Made by a program: the position numbers and the translations under genes. A stretch of DNA of 63,280 nt, the filler included, from Octopus bimaculoides (taxonomy: Eukaryota), in assembly GCF_001194135.2 (NCBI RefSeq). It is 8 parts of 7 records of this genome, joined end to end, with 100 filler letters (N's around TTAATTAATTAA, not from the genome) between each part and the next. Parts side by side here need not be neighbours in the genome. Positions count along the whole stretch, not along the records: positions 38,655 to 44,088 come from NC_068999.1; positions 44,189 to 51,844 come from NC_068986.1; 6 more parts are not named here. One strand, 5' to 3'. Under the pieces are notes generated by a model. The model ran no database searches and was not told where the DNA came from. It saw only the letters and a program-made list of their open reading frames with translations. Of the stretch, positions 39,650 through 51,256 are shown piece after piece (position 1 is the first letter of the stretch; each line of letters begins with the position of its first letter).

Positions 39650-40740
39650 TTTGAGAATTTATTATTTTAACCCAGCTGTCTTCTGGAATATCTTCCGTAC
39701 AGTCTTGACATTTATGAACTGATAAATCTGTCAGTTGAGTTTCCCTGCTTAAGATTTGGATGTCAAAATATCTTCAAATAAAGAGAGCGAATATTTTAAT
39801 TCTACATTTTGCTACATAGAATTGTGATGATCAATTTTTATCATGTTTATTTCAGTCGGTGATTCTCAATATCTTCGTATACGATAGAAAAAAAATTAAT
39901 TTTCCTTTTGCATAACCAGACTTCCTATGTAATATTCCAGATTTTTTTCGTAGATATAATATTCTGAAAACTTTTGGAAAACTAACAACTCTATATATGA
40001 AAAAAAAAAATATATATATTTCAATATTTTATATCTGCGTATTTCTAAGACGATATCACGCAAAAACTTGTCTCCATTCAAGAAATTTTGAAGAGAAGTT
40101 TTTCTTTTTTTTTTTGTTGGACGATATAGACATTCGACCTTGAACATTTATGATAAATTTTATAAAGATTGTTCGGGTAATGCAGGATTTGAATGATTAA
40201 TTGAAGTAATCGGTTAATTGTACATATACGTATATGATGATCAATTGCCTCATAATGAAACTTGTCCAAAATGGTATAAATCTATTTGTGTTAGGAACTG
40301 TATTTGGATATATTCGTAGTGTTCAATTCGATCCCATGGCTTGAAATCTTCAGAAAGAGCTTTCTACTGTAACAAGGATTGAACAAATGTCAGAAAATAA
40401 TTTTGCTTTTCACGTATTTTCACGAATAATGTTTTGAATGGAATCTATTTCAGAGCAACAGGAACTATTTTTCAAATAAAAATTATAGGAAATTTGTAGA
40501 GGTTACCTTCTCTAAAGAATTGCATCTATTTTACATTAGTTAGATATATAAAATCCACAACTATCTAGCTTTTATTTAAGCAAGCAGCGGTCGATAATTA
40601 TCAAGAGCAATTATATTACGACGATCTGAGATCTAGTTCTTTAACTTTTTGAAATCCTTGATTTGCCTTCCACTTCTCTTGCAAAAGATGCTGAAGAATG
40701 GAATGTTGGTGAAAATTATGCGAATTCATGAGATGCGAGT
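39650..40740 (+). mobile_element. Possible heavily decayed hAT-type (hATm-like) transposase remnant
   Basis: Fragments LLEYLPYSLDIYELI (~39675) and LFEILDLPSTSLAKDAEEWNVGENYAN (~40645-40725) resemble motifs I recall from such transposases; many stops. Confidence 0.35.
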
Positions 40741-43700
40741 CAATAAGCAGCATGTATATTTTAAAAAAATAGACATAGGAACACGAACCATGCTGCTTAT
40801 TGACTCGTGCTTCATATGCTGTCTGGTCATTTCTGCTGATGATAGTCCGACCTTGTTAAGATATATAATGTTTATCTTACTAAAATTGACTTGAAACCAT
40901 GGTACAGAATATAGATTGGTAAAAGTTTTTATTTTTCATTTCCTTTCGAAATTATCCCTAATTCTTGTGGTATATAGTCTTTTGCTGCTATTTCTAGCGA
41001 GTAGATGTCCTACTATAGGCATCTCTGCATTTTAAATGAATAATACATAGTCTATTGACTGTTTGTTTANNNNNNNNNNTATTTATATTTATTTATATTC
41101 ATATATCCATATATAAACATATCTATGCACACATATTTGATCAATGGCTAAGGTAAACTTGTGTAAGTTAAAATCTCTTTAATTTGCTAATGAATTCAAA
41201 CACCTCAATTTAATAACGAATGCGGAAATACGGTTATATAATATGCTAATGTGTGCTGCATGCCACAGTGAAAGAAACCAGGAGTAGCTGAAGACAGGAA
41301 GATTAAAGGAATAAGCTTATACCAATTGCAAAAGTAAAAGCAAGAAATTGATTTATAGATGAATCGATTTTGCCTTCATTTCGAACGCAAAATTTCTTAA
41401 AGTACGAATCGTAACGCACATTAAATTACTGTTAAAAATTCTTTAATAATGCAGCACAATTTATTGCTACATCTCTGCCATTTTGATATGTACATGTTGG
41501 CATTGCACCTTGGTATATAATTTCTATAGATTTGAATAATCGATTCATTATATTCTACAATATACTAAATCAGTATTTCTTGTACACTTTATTAAATATC
41601 ATACCAATTACTTTTTCGTCATGGAATTATTAGTAAATTATTAATATTTTTGTTGTTTATCATACAGCATCTTTCATTTCATAAAAAAAGTTTTCTGATC
41701 TATCCATTTAATCATGGCGACTATGTATCTACGACAACAAATTATTAAATCCATGGTCCATCTAACCTCGGATAAGTGGTTGATCTTGTTATTCATTTAT
41801 CTATCCGCATAAAATTAAAATGTATGTTTTTTTACACACAGAATTGTGTGCGCGCGTAATTGTGAATATGTATATATTTTTATTGAATATGAATAAATAT
41901 ATTTGTGTGTCTGAGTGTGTGTGTGTGTATGAATAAAATGATAGTTAGACATATATATGTGCGCTTACACCCAGATACATATATTCGCACACACACATAT
42001 GCACGCACATTTCAGTGCAATATATAGATACATATATATATATATATATATATANNNNNNNNNNNNNNNNNNNNNNNNNNNNNNNNNNNNNNNNNNNNNN
42101 NNNNNNNNNNNNNNNNNNNNNNNNNNNNNNNNNNNNNNNNNNNNNNNNNNNNNNNNNNNNNNNNNNNNNNNNNNNNNNNNNNNNNNNNNNNNNNNNNNNN
42201 NNNNNNNNNNNNNNNNNNNNNNNNNNNNNNNNNNNNNNNNNNNNNNNNNNNNNNNNNNNNNNNNNNNNNNNNNNNNNNNNNNNNNNNNNNNNNNNNNNNN
42301 NNNNNNNNNNNNNNNNNNNNNNNNNNNNNNNNNNNNNNNNNNNNNNNNNNNNNNNNNNNNNNNNNNNNNNNNNNNNNNNNNNNNNNNNNNNNNNNNNNNN
42401 NNNNNNNNNNNNNNNNNNNNNNNNNNNNNNNNNNNNNNNNNNNNNNNNNNNNNNNNNNNNNNNNNTATATATATATATATATATGTATATATCTGTACAT
42501 ATATTTATACATTCATACGTACATACATACGGATGAGTAGAGAAATTAAAGAAGGGCACTCAATACATTCATTGAGAGTTACATGTAAGGATCAAAACAA
42601 TTTCATTCGAAACCCTCAATATTCCGAGTTTCCAGCGTGTCGCTGGTATTCGCCCTTTGACTCCGAATTAAAGTTCGATTGAATAGAATGAATACTCACA
42701 AAAAGATGTTTATTAACTTCCTATACTTAATACCGAATGTTCACTAGCCTGCAATTGGTCGACAAAGAGCAGTCGATGTTGCAGTCTAATGTTGGTATTT
42801 CAGCGGCAACAATTATCTGGAAAATACCGCATGGTGAACAGGAAATCGTGCACGTAACTGAGGGAATTAGAAATGTCGGTAAATGTGAAAGTATATATCT
42901 GTATATATATATTATATAAATAAAAATTGTATTTAGAATGTCGCAATAATTGTTCTGTCACTGGTATAAGATTTATTTCGAATACACTGCCTCTAGTTCA
43001 AATTAGGGAATTGAAAAAGGCAAATTCTATAATGTTAAGAAGAATTACTCATCAGTTTGAAGATTTCTACTTAATTTGTTGGTTCACAAGGCATTAGTCG
43101 ATGGCAATTGAAAGAGAAACTGGATGATTGATTTTAACTAATATGGCAAGAGTAATAAAAATGTATGAATAAACAGATAAGAATAATTGTAACAGAAATA
43201 AATTATACCTAATCGTGGGAGAATAAACGCCACACATAAAGAATTTAATAGAAACTTATTTATCGAAACAGTAAACGTTGAATTCAAAGTTTAACACTGT
43301 GAGATGAGATTTGCATTTGGAACTCCCGAACAAAGAACGGTCCACCTCTCAACGACGCAGCAACGTCTCTGCCAATTCTCTCCCTTTATGTTTGCTTAAC
43401 CTATGTAATATTTATTGACACTATTAACAAGCTACAAGTTGCTATTGACTTCTTTTTATAACGCTTTAACTTTATAGAATTGTTTGGACAAAAACCGTAT
43501 CGAACTTTCACTTTCATTTTTTGAATATAAAACATAATGACAATACAGTACTCATTTTCTTGTCGAACTACCGAATAAACATTTCAAAACATTAACGTAT
43601 TTTTAAAGCTATTAAATATATTTCAGTATACAAAGGTGACAGCAAAACAAACTGAAAATTTCAAGTTTGTCAATCTCATAATTTAGGATTCGATATATAT

Positions 43701-44038
43701 TTTGTAATGATATATAGCAGCAAAATATATTCTAATATATCAAAACACAAAATTCGGGACATTACTTCAGATCGATCGATATAATTTTATATTCAGATGA
43801 ATAAATCTACCTTTATATTTACATCTTTTACTCCATATCTATTTAGATTGTGAGCTGTTTTTCGGTTTTCATCTCCTTGTCCCCTGCTTCCAATGTCTCT
43901 GTGTATCTGTCTATGTATGTATGTATGTATGTATGTGTGTATGTATGTGTGTATGCATCTATCTATGTATCTATCTATCATTCTATCTACGCGTGTAAGT
44001 ATGAGTGGTGAGAGAAAGAGACACACGCTTACATGCAT

Positions 44039-44074
<36 letters not shown>

Positions 44075-44188
44075 GTATGTATATATATNNNNNNNNNNNN
44101 NNNNNNNNNNNNNNNNNNNNNNNNNNNNNNNNTTAATTAATTAANNNNNNNNNNNNNNNNNNNNNNNNNNNNNNNNNNNNNNNNNNNN

Positions 44189-44222
<34 letters not shown>

Positions 44223-44248
44223 GCACGTGTGTATATATGTATGTATGT

Positions 44249-44350
44249 CATTACTCAGTTTATTTCAAGACTTTTTGCCAATAGAGAAAGAACGGGTTTC
44301 TAACCTAGATCCAAGGTTTTTTCATTGGAATTTCAACACCAACAACAGGG
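44249..44350 (-). mobile_element. ~100-nt 3' end of an R4-clade LINE related to 16900-17951, in (ACAT)n
   Basis: Reverse complement ttccaatgaa..ccttggatctaggttaga..ctttctctat..gaaataaactgagtaatgacatacat aligns with 17860-17960; CATA repeats on both sides. Confidence 0.75.
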
Positions 44351-44609
44351 TATGTATGTATGTACGTATGTGCGGATTTGTATGTTTTATGTATGTATTC
44401 TCATGCATATAGCTACATATCTAGATATGTTCATATATATTTAAATGATAAACTTCTGGAAAGTTTTACAGATTTTTACAGATTTTTACAGATCCAGAAT
44501 CTAAGGAAACCAGATGTCTGCGTCAAGAAAATTTACTGCACAGAAACCCGTGGAAAAATATGGGCAGGTTTTATTTTTTGCGGGATTAGTGTAAACAGAT
44601 CCTTTTACG

Positions 44610-44900
44610 AAAACAAAGAATATAGATGTTAATAACACGGTCGCAGAAGATGTTAGAAATTAATTAGAAGAGGTAGGAAAACAGGTGGAAAAAATAAGCG
44701 GTGTCTGTAATGTGAAAGATTGTATGGGCAATATGGAAGATGTGAGGGAAAATAAAGTGAGGCGAAGGGGCAATGAAATTTGCACCATGAGGTTACCTGA
44801 AATGAAAGAGTAAGGGCCAGGTGAGGGGAACTAACACGAAGAGTGTTATAAGCGGAGGTGCAAGAGGCGCAGGAGGAGCAGGAGAAGTAGGGTGATTGAC
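44610..44900 (-). mobile_element. Possible decayed CR1/L2-like LINE 3' fragment
   Basis: C-rich minus strand with FCDRVINI, resembling the CR1 terminal F..RVINIWN motif; a similar C-rich remnant lies at ~45600-45930. Confidence 0.3.
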
Positions 44901-45039
44901 AAAGGGATACGTACAAAATAAAACAGCTCTTTATACAGACTGAGGGTGGGGAAATGAAGAAAGTAACTAATGAATCAATAAAATTAAACGAAGCAGAAAA
45001 AAAATTACATTTAGATTAATATAAGCACAGGTTCTAAGC

Positions 45040-45230
45040 CACATGGTTCCGGATTCAGTCCCACGGCATGGCACCTTTGACAAGTGTCTTCTGTTATAGC
45101 TTTAGGCCGATCAATGCTTTGTGAGTGGATTTGGTACACGGAAACTGAAAGAAGCCCATCGTATATGTGTGTGTGTGTGTGTGTGTGTGTATGTTCTTCG
45201 GTCACTGCTTGACAACCAGTGTTGGTGTGA
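45040..45230 (+). mobile_element. SINE family B, truncated
   Basis: ccacatggttccggattcagtcccac...gagtggatttggtacacggaaactgaaagaagcccatcgtat. Confidence 0.85.
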
Positions 45231-45241
45231 TAGAAAATATT

Positions 45242-45452
45242 CTCTTCTACTCTAGGCAAAAGACCTGAAATTTTGGGAGAGGGCGCCAGTCGATTAGATC
45301 GACCCCACTACGCAACTGGTACTTAATTTATCGACCCGGAAAGAGTGAAAGGCAAAGCCGACCTAGACGGAATTTGAACTCAGAGCGTAAGGACAGACGA
45401 AATATCGCTAAGCATTTCGCCCGGCGTGCTATGTTTCTGTCAGCTCGCCGCC
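45242..45452 (-). mobile_element. Young full-length SINE family A with 20-bp target-site duplication
   Basis: ttggtgtgatagaaaatatt at 45222-45241 and 45453-45472; CpGs intact. Confidence 0.9.
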
Positions 45453-45933
45453 TTGGTGTGATAGAAAATATTGATGAAGAATATGAACATGCGAGTAGAT
45501 CTCTGGTCAGCTGATTGCAATAAAGTTGATAACATGCCCTCTTATAGGTGAACCAAAAACTGTGAGAAAATTTCATGATATACTTCTAATTTGATAGATA
45601 GTAGTGAGGACTCATGAAAGTTAAGAACAGTAATAATGTCGGATGCAGGATAGTTACAAGCGAACGTGTGCTGAAGTGGTCAAGTTTCAGAATGAAAGGA
45701 AAGGGGCGAATGAACTTTGGACTGCAGATAGGTGTGTTGCGTGAGTGCTGTATTACGGCTGATGGATTGGGCTTGACAGAAGGTCGTATCAATGACAATC
45801 TAAAGGGGATTTCGAAAGAGGGGAAAATGGTGTATCTGTTTCGATTTGCAATGAAGTTCAAATGTTTGCTTCATGGGCGGCGGAAATAGAGAAATTGGGG
45901 GACGGAGATGGCAAATTTGGTGAGTAAGATGTA

Positions 45934-46188
45934 CAGTTGTGGCCAAAAGTTTGGAACATAGGTCTGGAAATGAGAAATTTTTATATTAAATGCTCAAAGT
46001 TATATTTAATTTGCAATATATTACTACTTAGCTAAAAGTTTGGAACATATGCCTGAAAACTAGAATTGAACGATTGGATTAGTTATTAGGTAAGTATATC
46101 TCTATGTTGTATATATTTGAATCGAATTGCACTTGGCCATAATAATTTTAATTTTTAAAAAAATGTTCCAAATTTTTGGCCACGACTT
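45934..46188. mobile_element. Tc1-type MITE with TA flanks
   Basis: TA|CAGTTGTGGCCAAAAGTTTGGAACA ... TGTTCCAAATTTTTGGCCACGACTT|TA; inner direct repeat aaaagtttggaacata. Confidence 0.85.
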
Positions 46189-46792
46189 TAAAAAAAAAAG
46201 AAAGTTGAGATACATGAGATTCAAAATGGAACTGCGAATTTATGGGAAGGAATAGAGACAGTCGGTGGAGATAGAGATGTGTAGAAACTAAGGATGTATC
46301 AGAGTTGTAGGGAGATGTAATGCAGTGCGGGGGGAGGTAATTTTTATGAAAAATATGAAACGTGTGAGTTTATCTCTGGTGCATGAAGTGGAGACGATGC
46401 GATCATAAATATATTACACTCTGTTTTTAAACATGATTCAACTTGTGATACTTCCGCCTACTCACATCCCTTTAATCGTTATACGTTGTTTACGTTGTAC
46501 TATAATTAGCTTTGTGTATCTATGGCTTTTTTAAGCATATCGTTGATTTCAATAATTGTAATGTGTTGTTAATATATGCAGTTCATGTAGACAGCGTGCG
46601 AATTTACTGCCCTATTTTGTTTTGGTTTATATTTGCTTACGTTGGTACGTACATACACATATACACACACACATATATTTATATACACACACACATACAT
46701 ATATACAAACACACGTACATACATATATATATATATACAAACACACATACATATATACATACAAACACAAACACACACACACACACTCATAT

Positions 46793-46975
46793 CGAGGGCG
46801 CATGCCCTAGTGGTTAAGATGTGGCACTCACGATTGCGAGATTGTGCTTTCAATTCTTGGACCGGGTGGTGTGTAGGGTTTATTGAGCGAAACACTTTCT
46901 CTCGGGTTGCTCTGCGATCACTTTGACACTGACACTGTGCCGACGTTCAGGCAACGTCACTTTGATGGAGAGAGA
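46793..46975 (+). mobile_element. tRNA-derived SINE family D-like
   Basis: gccctagtggttaag...ttcaattcttggaccgggtgg...tttattgagcgaaacac. Confidence 0.7.
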
Positions 46976-47092
46976 GAGAGAGCTTATGTACAGCACATAC
47001 ATTTGATTACTATAAACGAATCATTTGTGTAGGTTGTTCAACAAGAAATTGTAGAACCATCTTCCTCGGACTATGAGTGACTAAAACCATAT

Positions 47093-47151
<59 letters not shown>

Positions 47152-47256
47152 GTATTAATAAATCTGAGGGTAGCAAAAAAATTTTAGAAATTCTATTTGC
47201 CACCAGTGATCTGGCGAGAAGGAAAAAATTAGTCAATAGACTAAATATTATTCATT

Positions 47257-47498
47257 TAAAATACAGTGTACATTTAAACACATCAGAGATGTCCATCATA
47301 GGACATCTAACCTGCTAGAAGGAGCAGTCAAAACTCCACACCACAAATTAGGGATAATTTCGAAAGGGAATGAAAAATAAAAACATTTACCTTGAAATTA
47401 TCCCTAATTTGTGGTGTGGAGTTTTGACTGCTCCTTCTAGCAGGTTAGAAGTCCTATGATGGACATCTCTGATGTGTTTAAATATACACTGTATTTTA
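47257..47498. mobile_element. Almost fully palindromic fold-back element (105-bp arms, 32-nt spacer), probable Tc1/mariner MITE
   Basis: Arms 47257-47361 and 47394-47498 differ at 2 positions; TA|CAGTG ... CACTG|TA at 47264-47491. Confidence 0.8.
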
Positions 47499-47506
47499 TA
47501 TATATG

Positions 47507-47554
<48 letters not shown>

Positions 47555-47689
47555 CAGATAGCTAGATAGATAAAACTTACATGGAAGAGGATGCGTGGCG
47601 TTCAATCATATAATAATATAAATGATTCAATGTATGCATATATATATACGTATATGTACATACCTACATCTCTACGTATATACATATGC

Positions 47690-48012
47690 ATATGTGGGCA
47701 CAGGACATCACGAAACGTGTACAACAAAAAACACGAAGTACGAGTACATGGAATATGAACTATTTTTTCGAACAACGAAAGACACAAATGGAAAACAAGA
47801 TAAACAACATAGAGACCCTTCATCAGTTGTTGACTGTTTTTCTACTCTCGTATTTCGAGCATTTAACAACAATATACGCTTTCGATGAAATAGTTGCTCC
47901 CGCAAAGCAAATTGAATAAAATTTGGGGTTTTGTGGAGGGTCAAAATTGGTAACACAAACAGGACAGTGAAAACAAAAAGGAAGGGCTGCTAAGCCTAAA
48001 CGAAAAAATAGT
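47690..48012 (-). mobile_element. Probable Penelope-like terminal fragment
   Basis: Minus strand has ctgatgaaggg and T-rich tracts typical of pseudo-LTRs; runs into a gap; assignment from memory. Confidence 0.45.
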
Positions 48013-48272
48013 NNNNNNNNNNNNNNNNNNNNNNNNNNNNNNNNNNNNNNNNNNNNNNNNNNNNNNNNNNNNNNNNNNNNNNNNNNNNNNNNNNNNNNNN
48101 NNNNNNNNNNNNNNNNNNNNNNNNNNNNNNNNNNNNNNNNNNNNNNNNNNNNNNNNNNNNNNNNNNNNNNNNNNNNNNNNNNNNNNNNNNNNNNNNNNNN
48201 NNNNNNNNNNNNNNNNNNNNNNNNNNNNNNNNNNNNNNNNNNNNNNNNNNNNNNNNNTATATATATATATAA

Positions 48273-48404
48273 TGGTTGCGGTGAAAGAATAAATTGTAAA
48301 TCCCAAAAATAACAACAAAACTACAAAGGATTCCGCGGTACACGTGTTTCAAGCTTTATATGTGTTATTTTTGGGATTTACAATTTATTCTTTCACCGCA
48401 ACCA
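48273..48404. repeat. Perfect 42-bp inverted repeat with 48-nt spacer
   Basis: 48273-48314 is the exact reverse complement of 48363-48404. Confidence 0.95.
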
Positions 48405-48537
48405 CTAGCTGGAATACACAGGTGCTTACAATTGTCAAGTATTACCTCTAAATTTCAATTTACCTATATAGATAGATAGATAGATAGATAGATAGATGGA
48501 TGGATGTAGATATGGACATATACGTATGTATATATGC

Positions 48538-48571
<34 letters not shown>

Positions 48572-48574
48572 ATG

Positions 48575-48955
48575 CGCACTCTATATGATCTTTTTACTCT
48601 TTCGTTTTTCTCTTTCTCTCTCTTATTCTTTTACCTCATCTTCTCCCACTATTCTATCCTATTACTCCGTCAATCTCTCTCTCCCTCACTCTCCTCCCTT
48701 GGTCAAGTGGCTCCCACGTGACAATTGGCCATCTTTCTTTCTTCTCCTAACTTGTGTTTCTTTCTTTCTCTCCGTTGTAGCCGGAACAAGCTGGCCATGA
48801 TAGATTGCTAGCCACTACACATTCTTTATTTTCTCTCCTTGTTCCTTTCTGTGTTCCTTTCTGCGGAAGAGCGTAGGCTCGAAACGTTAAAGACTTTTTC
48901 ACTTCTCGAGTGTTAAACTAATACATCTGTTTGTTGTCTACACCGCCCGTTTTCG
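48575..48955 (+). mobile_element. Penelope-like pseudo-LTR containing a hammerhead fold
   Basis: Pyrimidine-rich tract leading to a minimal hammerhead at 48857-48892, the usual Penelope arrangement. Confidence 0.65.
48857..48892 (+). ncRNA. Minimal type I hammerhead ribozyme fold (A6C core variant)
   Basis: CUUU-CUGCGGA-A-GAGC(guag)GCUC-GAAA-CGUU/AAAG: stem I CUUU:AAAG, stem II GAGC:GCUC, palindromic ACGU stem III, predicted cut after 48888. Confidence 0.65.
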
Positions 48956-49914
48956 NNNNNNNNNNNNNNNNNNNNNNNNNNNNNNNNNNNNNNNNNNNNN
49001 NNNNNNNNNNNNNNNNNNNNNNNNNNNNNNNNNNNNNNNNNNNNNNNNNNNNNNNNNNNNNNNNNNNNNNNNNNNNNNNNNNNNNNNNNNNNNNNNNNNN
49101 NNNNNNNNNNNNNNNNNNNNNNNNNNNNNNNNNATGAAACAGCTGACGTCCGTACGTTACCTGTTCCACTCTTTACGTTTTGGATTTTTATTCGCATTTT
49201 TGGCAACTTTAGTTGCTAACCCGTGAGTTGTATGAAGACCGCCAGCTTATCGAAATTCCTTTTAATTTAATTTTATTTTAAATTCGGTATGGAAAGAAGC
49301 GTGTAACTTATGATGTTATTAAACATGTTTATCGTATATTGTCCACTTTTTGTCATCTGTAATAGCCACATAAATTCTTCATATTTGTAAATATATATGT
49401 ATGCATACGTATCTATACATATCTATATATATGTATGCCTGTATGCATGAAAAAAGGTAGAGATAATTCTTACGTTTATTCAAAACATTTTAACATCTTA
49501 CACATCTTTTGAGACTGCGTAACAAACGTAAATAACCATCATGCTATACAATGGATAGTATTGTTGCATCAAGAAAAATAACTAAAGTAATGTTTGTTCA
49601 TGTCTATTTTATAACATAAAGTTTAGTTACTTTTGTTATGCAATCTCTAAAGATTTGATGATGTAATCAGTTTACAAGGCTTTTCTTTACGTAACTGATA
49701 TTGTTAATAAAACACGTGTAAGATGTATTGGATAAACGTAATCATTTGTCTCTACACTTGTTTTATATTTTTACTCAGCATTCATAATAAGAGATTGGAA
49801 TTACAGAATGAATATGAATCTGTTGAGATATAACTCAGAAGACATGACATTCTAAGCAATATATGCATGTTATCAAAAGCCACACATACACACAAACACA
49901 CACACATAGGTAGT

Positions 49915-50038
<124 letters not shown>

Positions 50039-50041
50039 GGC

Positions 50042-50072
<31 letters not shown>

Positions 50073-50084
50073 GAAACATTTCGT

Positions 50085-50440
50085 GGGTGTTTTCAGCTGC
50101 CTGGGGCCGACTAAAGTGGATTTGGAAGATGGAAATTGAAAGAAGCCCATCGTAGATATTATATATATATATATGTGGGTATGTGCGTGTGTGCGTGTGT
50201 GTGTGTGTCTGAGTGTGTGTATGTTTGTGTGTCTGTGTTTGTCCCCCACCATCGCTTGACAACCGATGTTGGCGTGTTCGCGTCCCCGTAACTTAGCGGT
50301 TCGGCAAAAGAGACCGATAGAATCAGTACTAGGCTTACACAAAGAATAAGTCCCGGGAGCGATTTGTTCGACTAAAGGCGGTGCTCCAGCATGGCCGCAG
50401 TCAAATGACTGAAGCAAATAAAAGAATTAAAGAATAAAAT
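50085..50440 (+). mobile_element. SINE family B, CpG-rich copy
   Basis: ...cgcgtccccgtaacttagcggttcggcaaaagagaccgatag...ggcggtgctccagcatggccgcagtcaaatgactgaagc. Confidence 0.9.
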
Positions 50441-51256
50441 AAACTCTCGATACTTTTTATAGTTCACTATTTACTTCCACTGGCCTTTCTTCCCAATACC
50501 TGTAATTCTGACGGTGCTGGTTATGTTCTGTTGTTATCCCTTTGCCTATCACCCTGTTTTGCTGTCTCTTATCCTCATTGCTTTTATTTATTTTTTTCTT
50601 GACCTTCTTTTCCCCACTTTTCTCCCATTTCCACCGCATCAAATTTTCTACCTACATTTAGAATTGGAAAAGAAGTGCCAGACTCTACGGAAGGGTCACT
50701 AATTGAAAGGCAGATGCCAACATCTGCTCTACCCCATTGGTGCAGTATCCAATGTAAAGAACGAATATATCTTCGCAGAGTCTCGACAAAGCGAGGCTGG
50801 CCTCCTGACCGCATCACGTGATCTTAACAATAAAATAGGTGACGTCAGTAGCAAAAACAACCACGTGAACTGAAATGATCAGTGGAGGCTTAAATAGCTA
50901 TAAACCATTTACAATTTTAAAAAATTCTCTTCACTCTGATTCCACTGTGATGAGGAAGACGAATTCTAAATCCAAGAAACTTCAAGTTATGTTAAGCTTA
51001 GTCAGACTGATATTAAATTCATGTAACTATACCCAGATGTGTTGGTTTCAACTTTATTTCGTTTGTTCACTCATTCATGTTCGTGCGCATGCGCACATAC
51101 ACACACAAAACCCATTCCGAGAAAAAAAAGACAGAACTTCTGGTGACGTGGTCAAGGTGCAATCTATTCTAAATAAATACAGAAATAATTGATAAATAAT
51201 TCAATTAAAGTGAATATGCAACATTTGAAATACTTCTAAATATATATATACATATA

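Noticed and set aside
47795-47835. CTGATGAAGGG on the minus strand as a hammerhead
   Set aside because: I could not fold a matching stem II, GAAA and stem III downstream. The same applies to ctgagga at ~37556 and ~9680.
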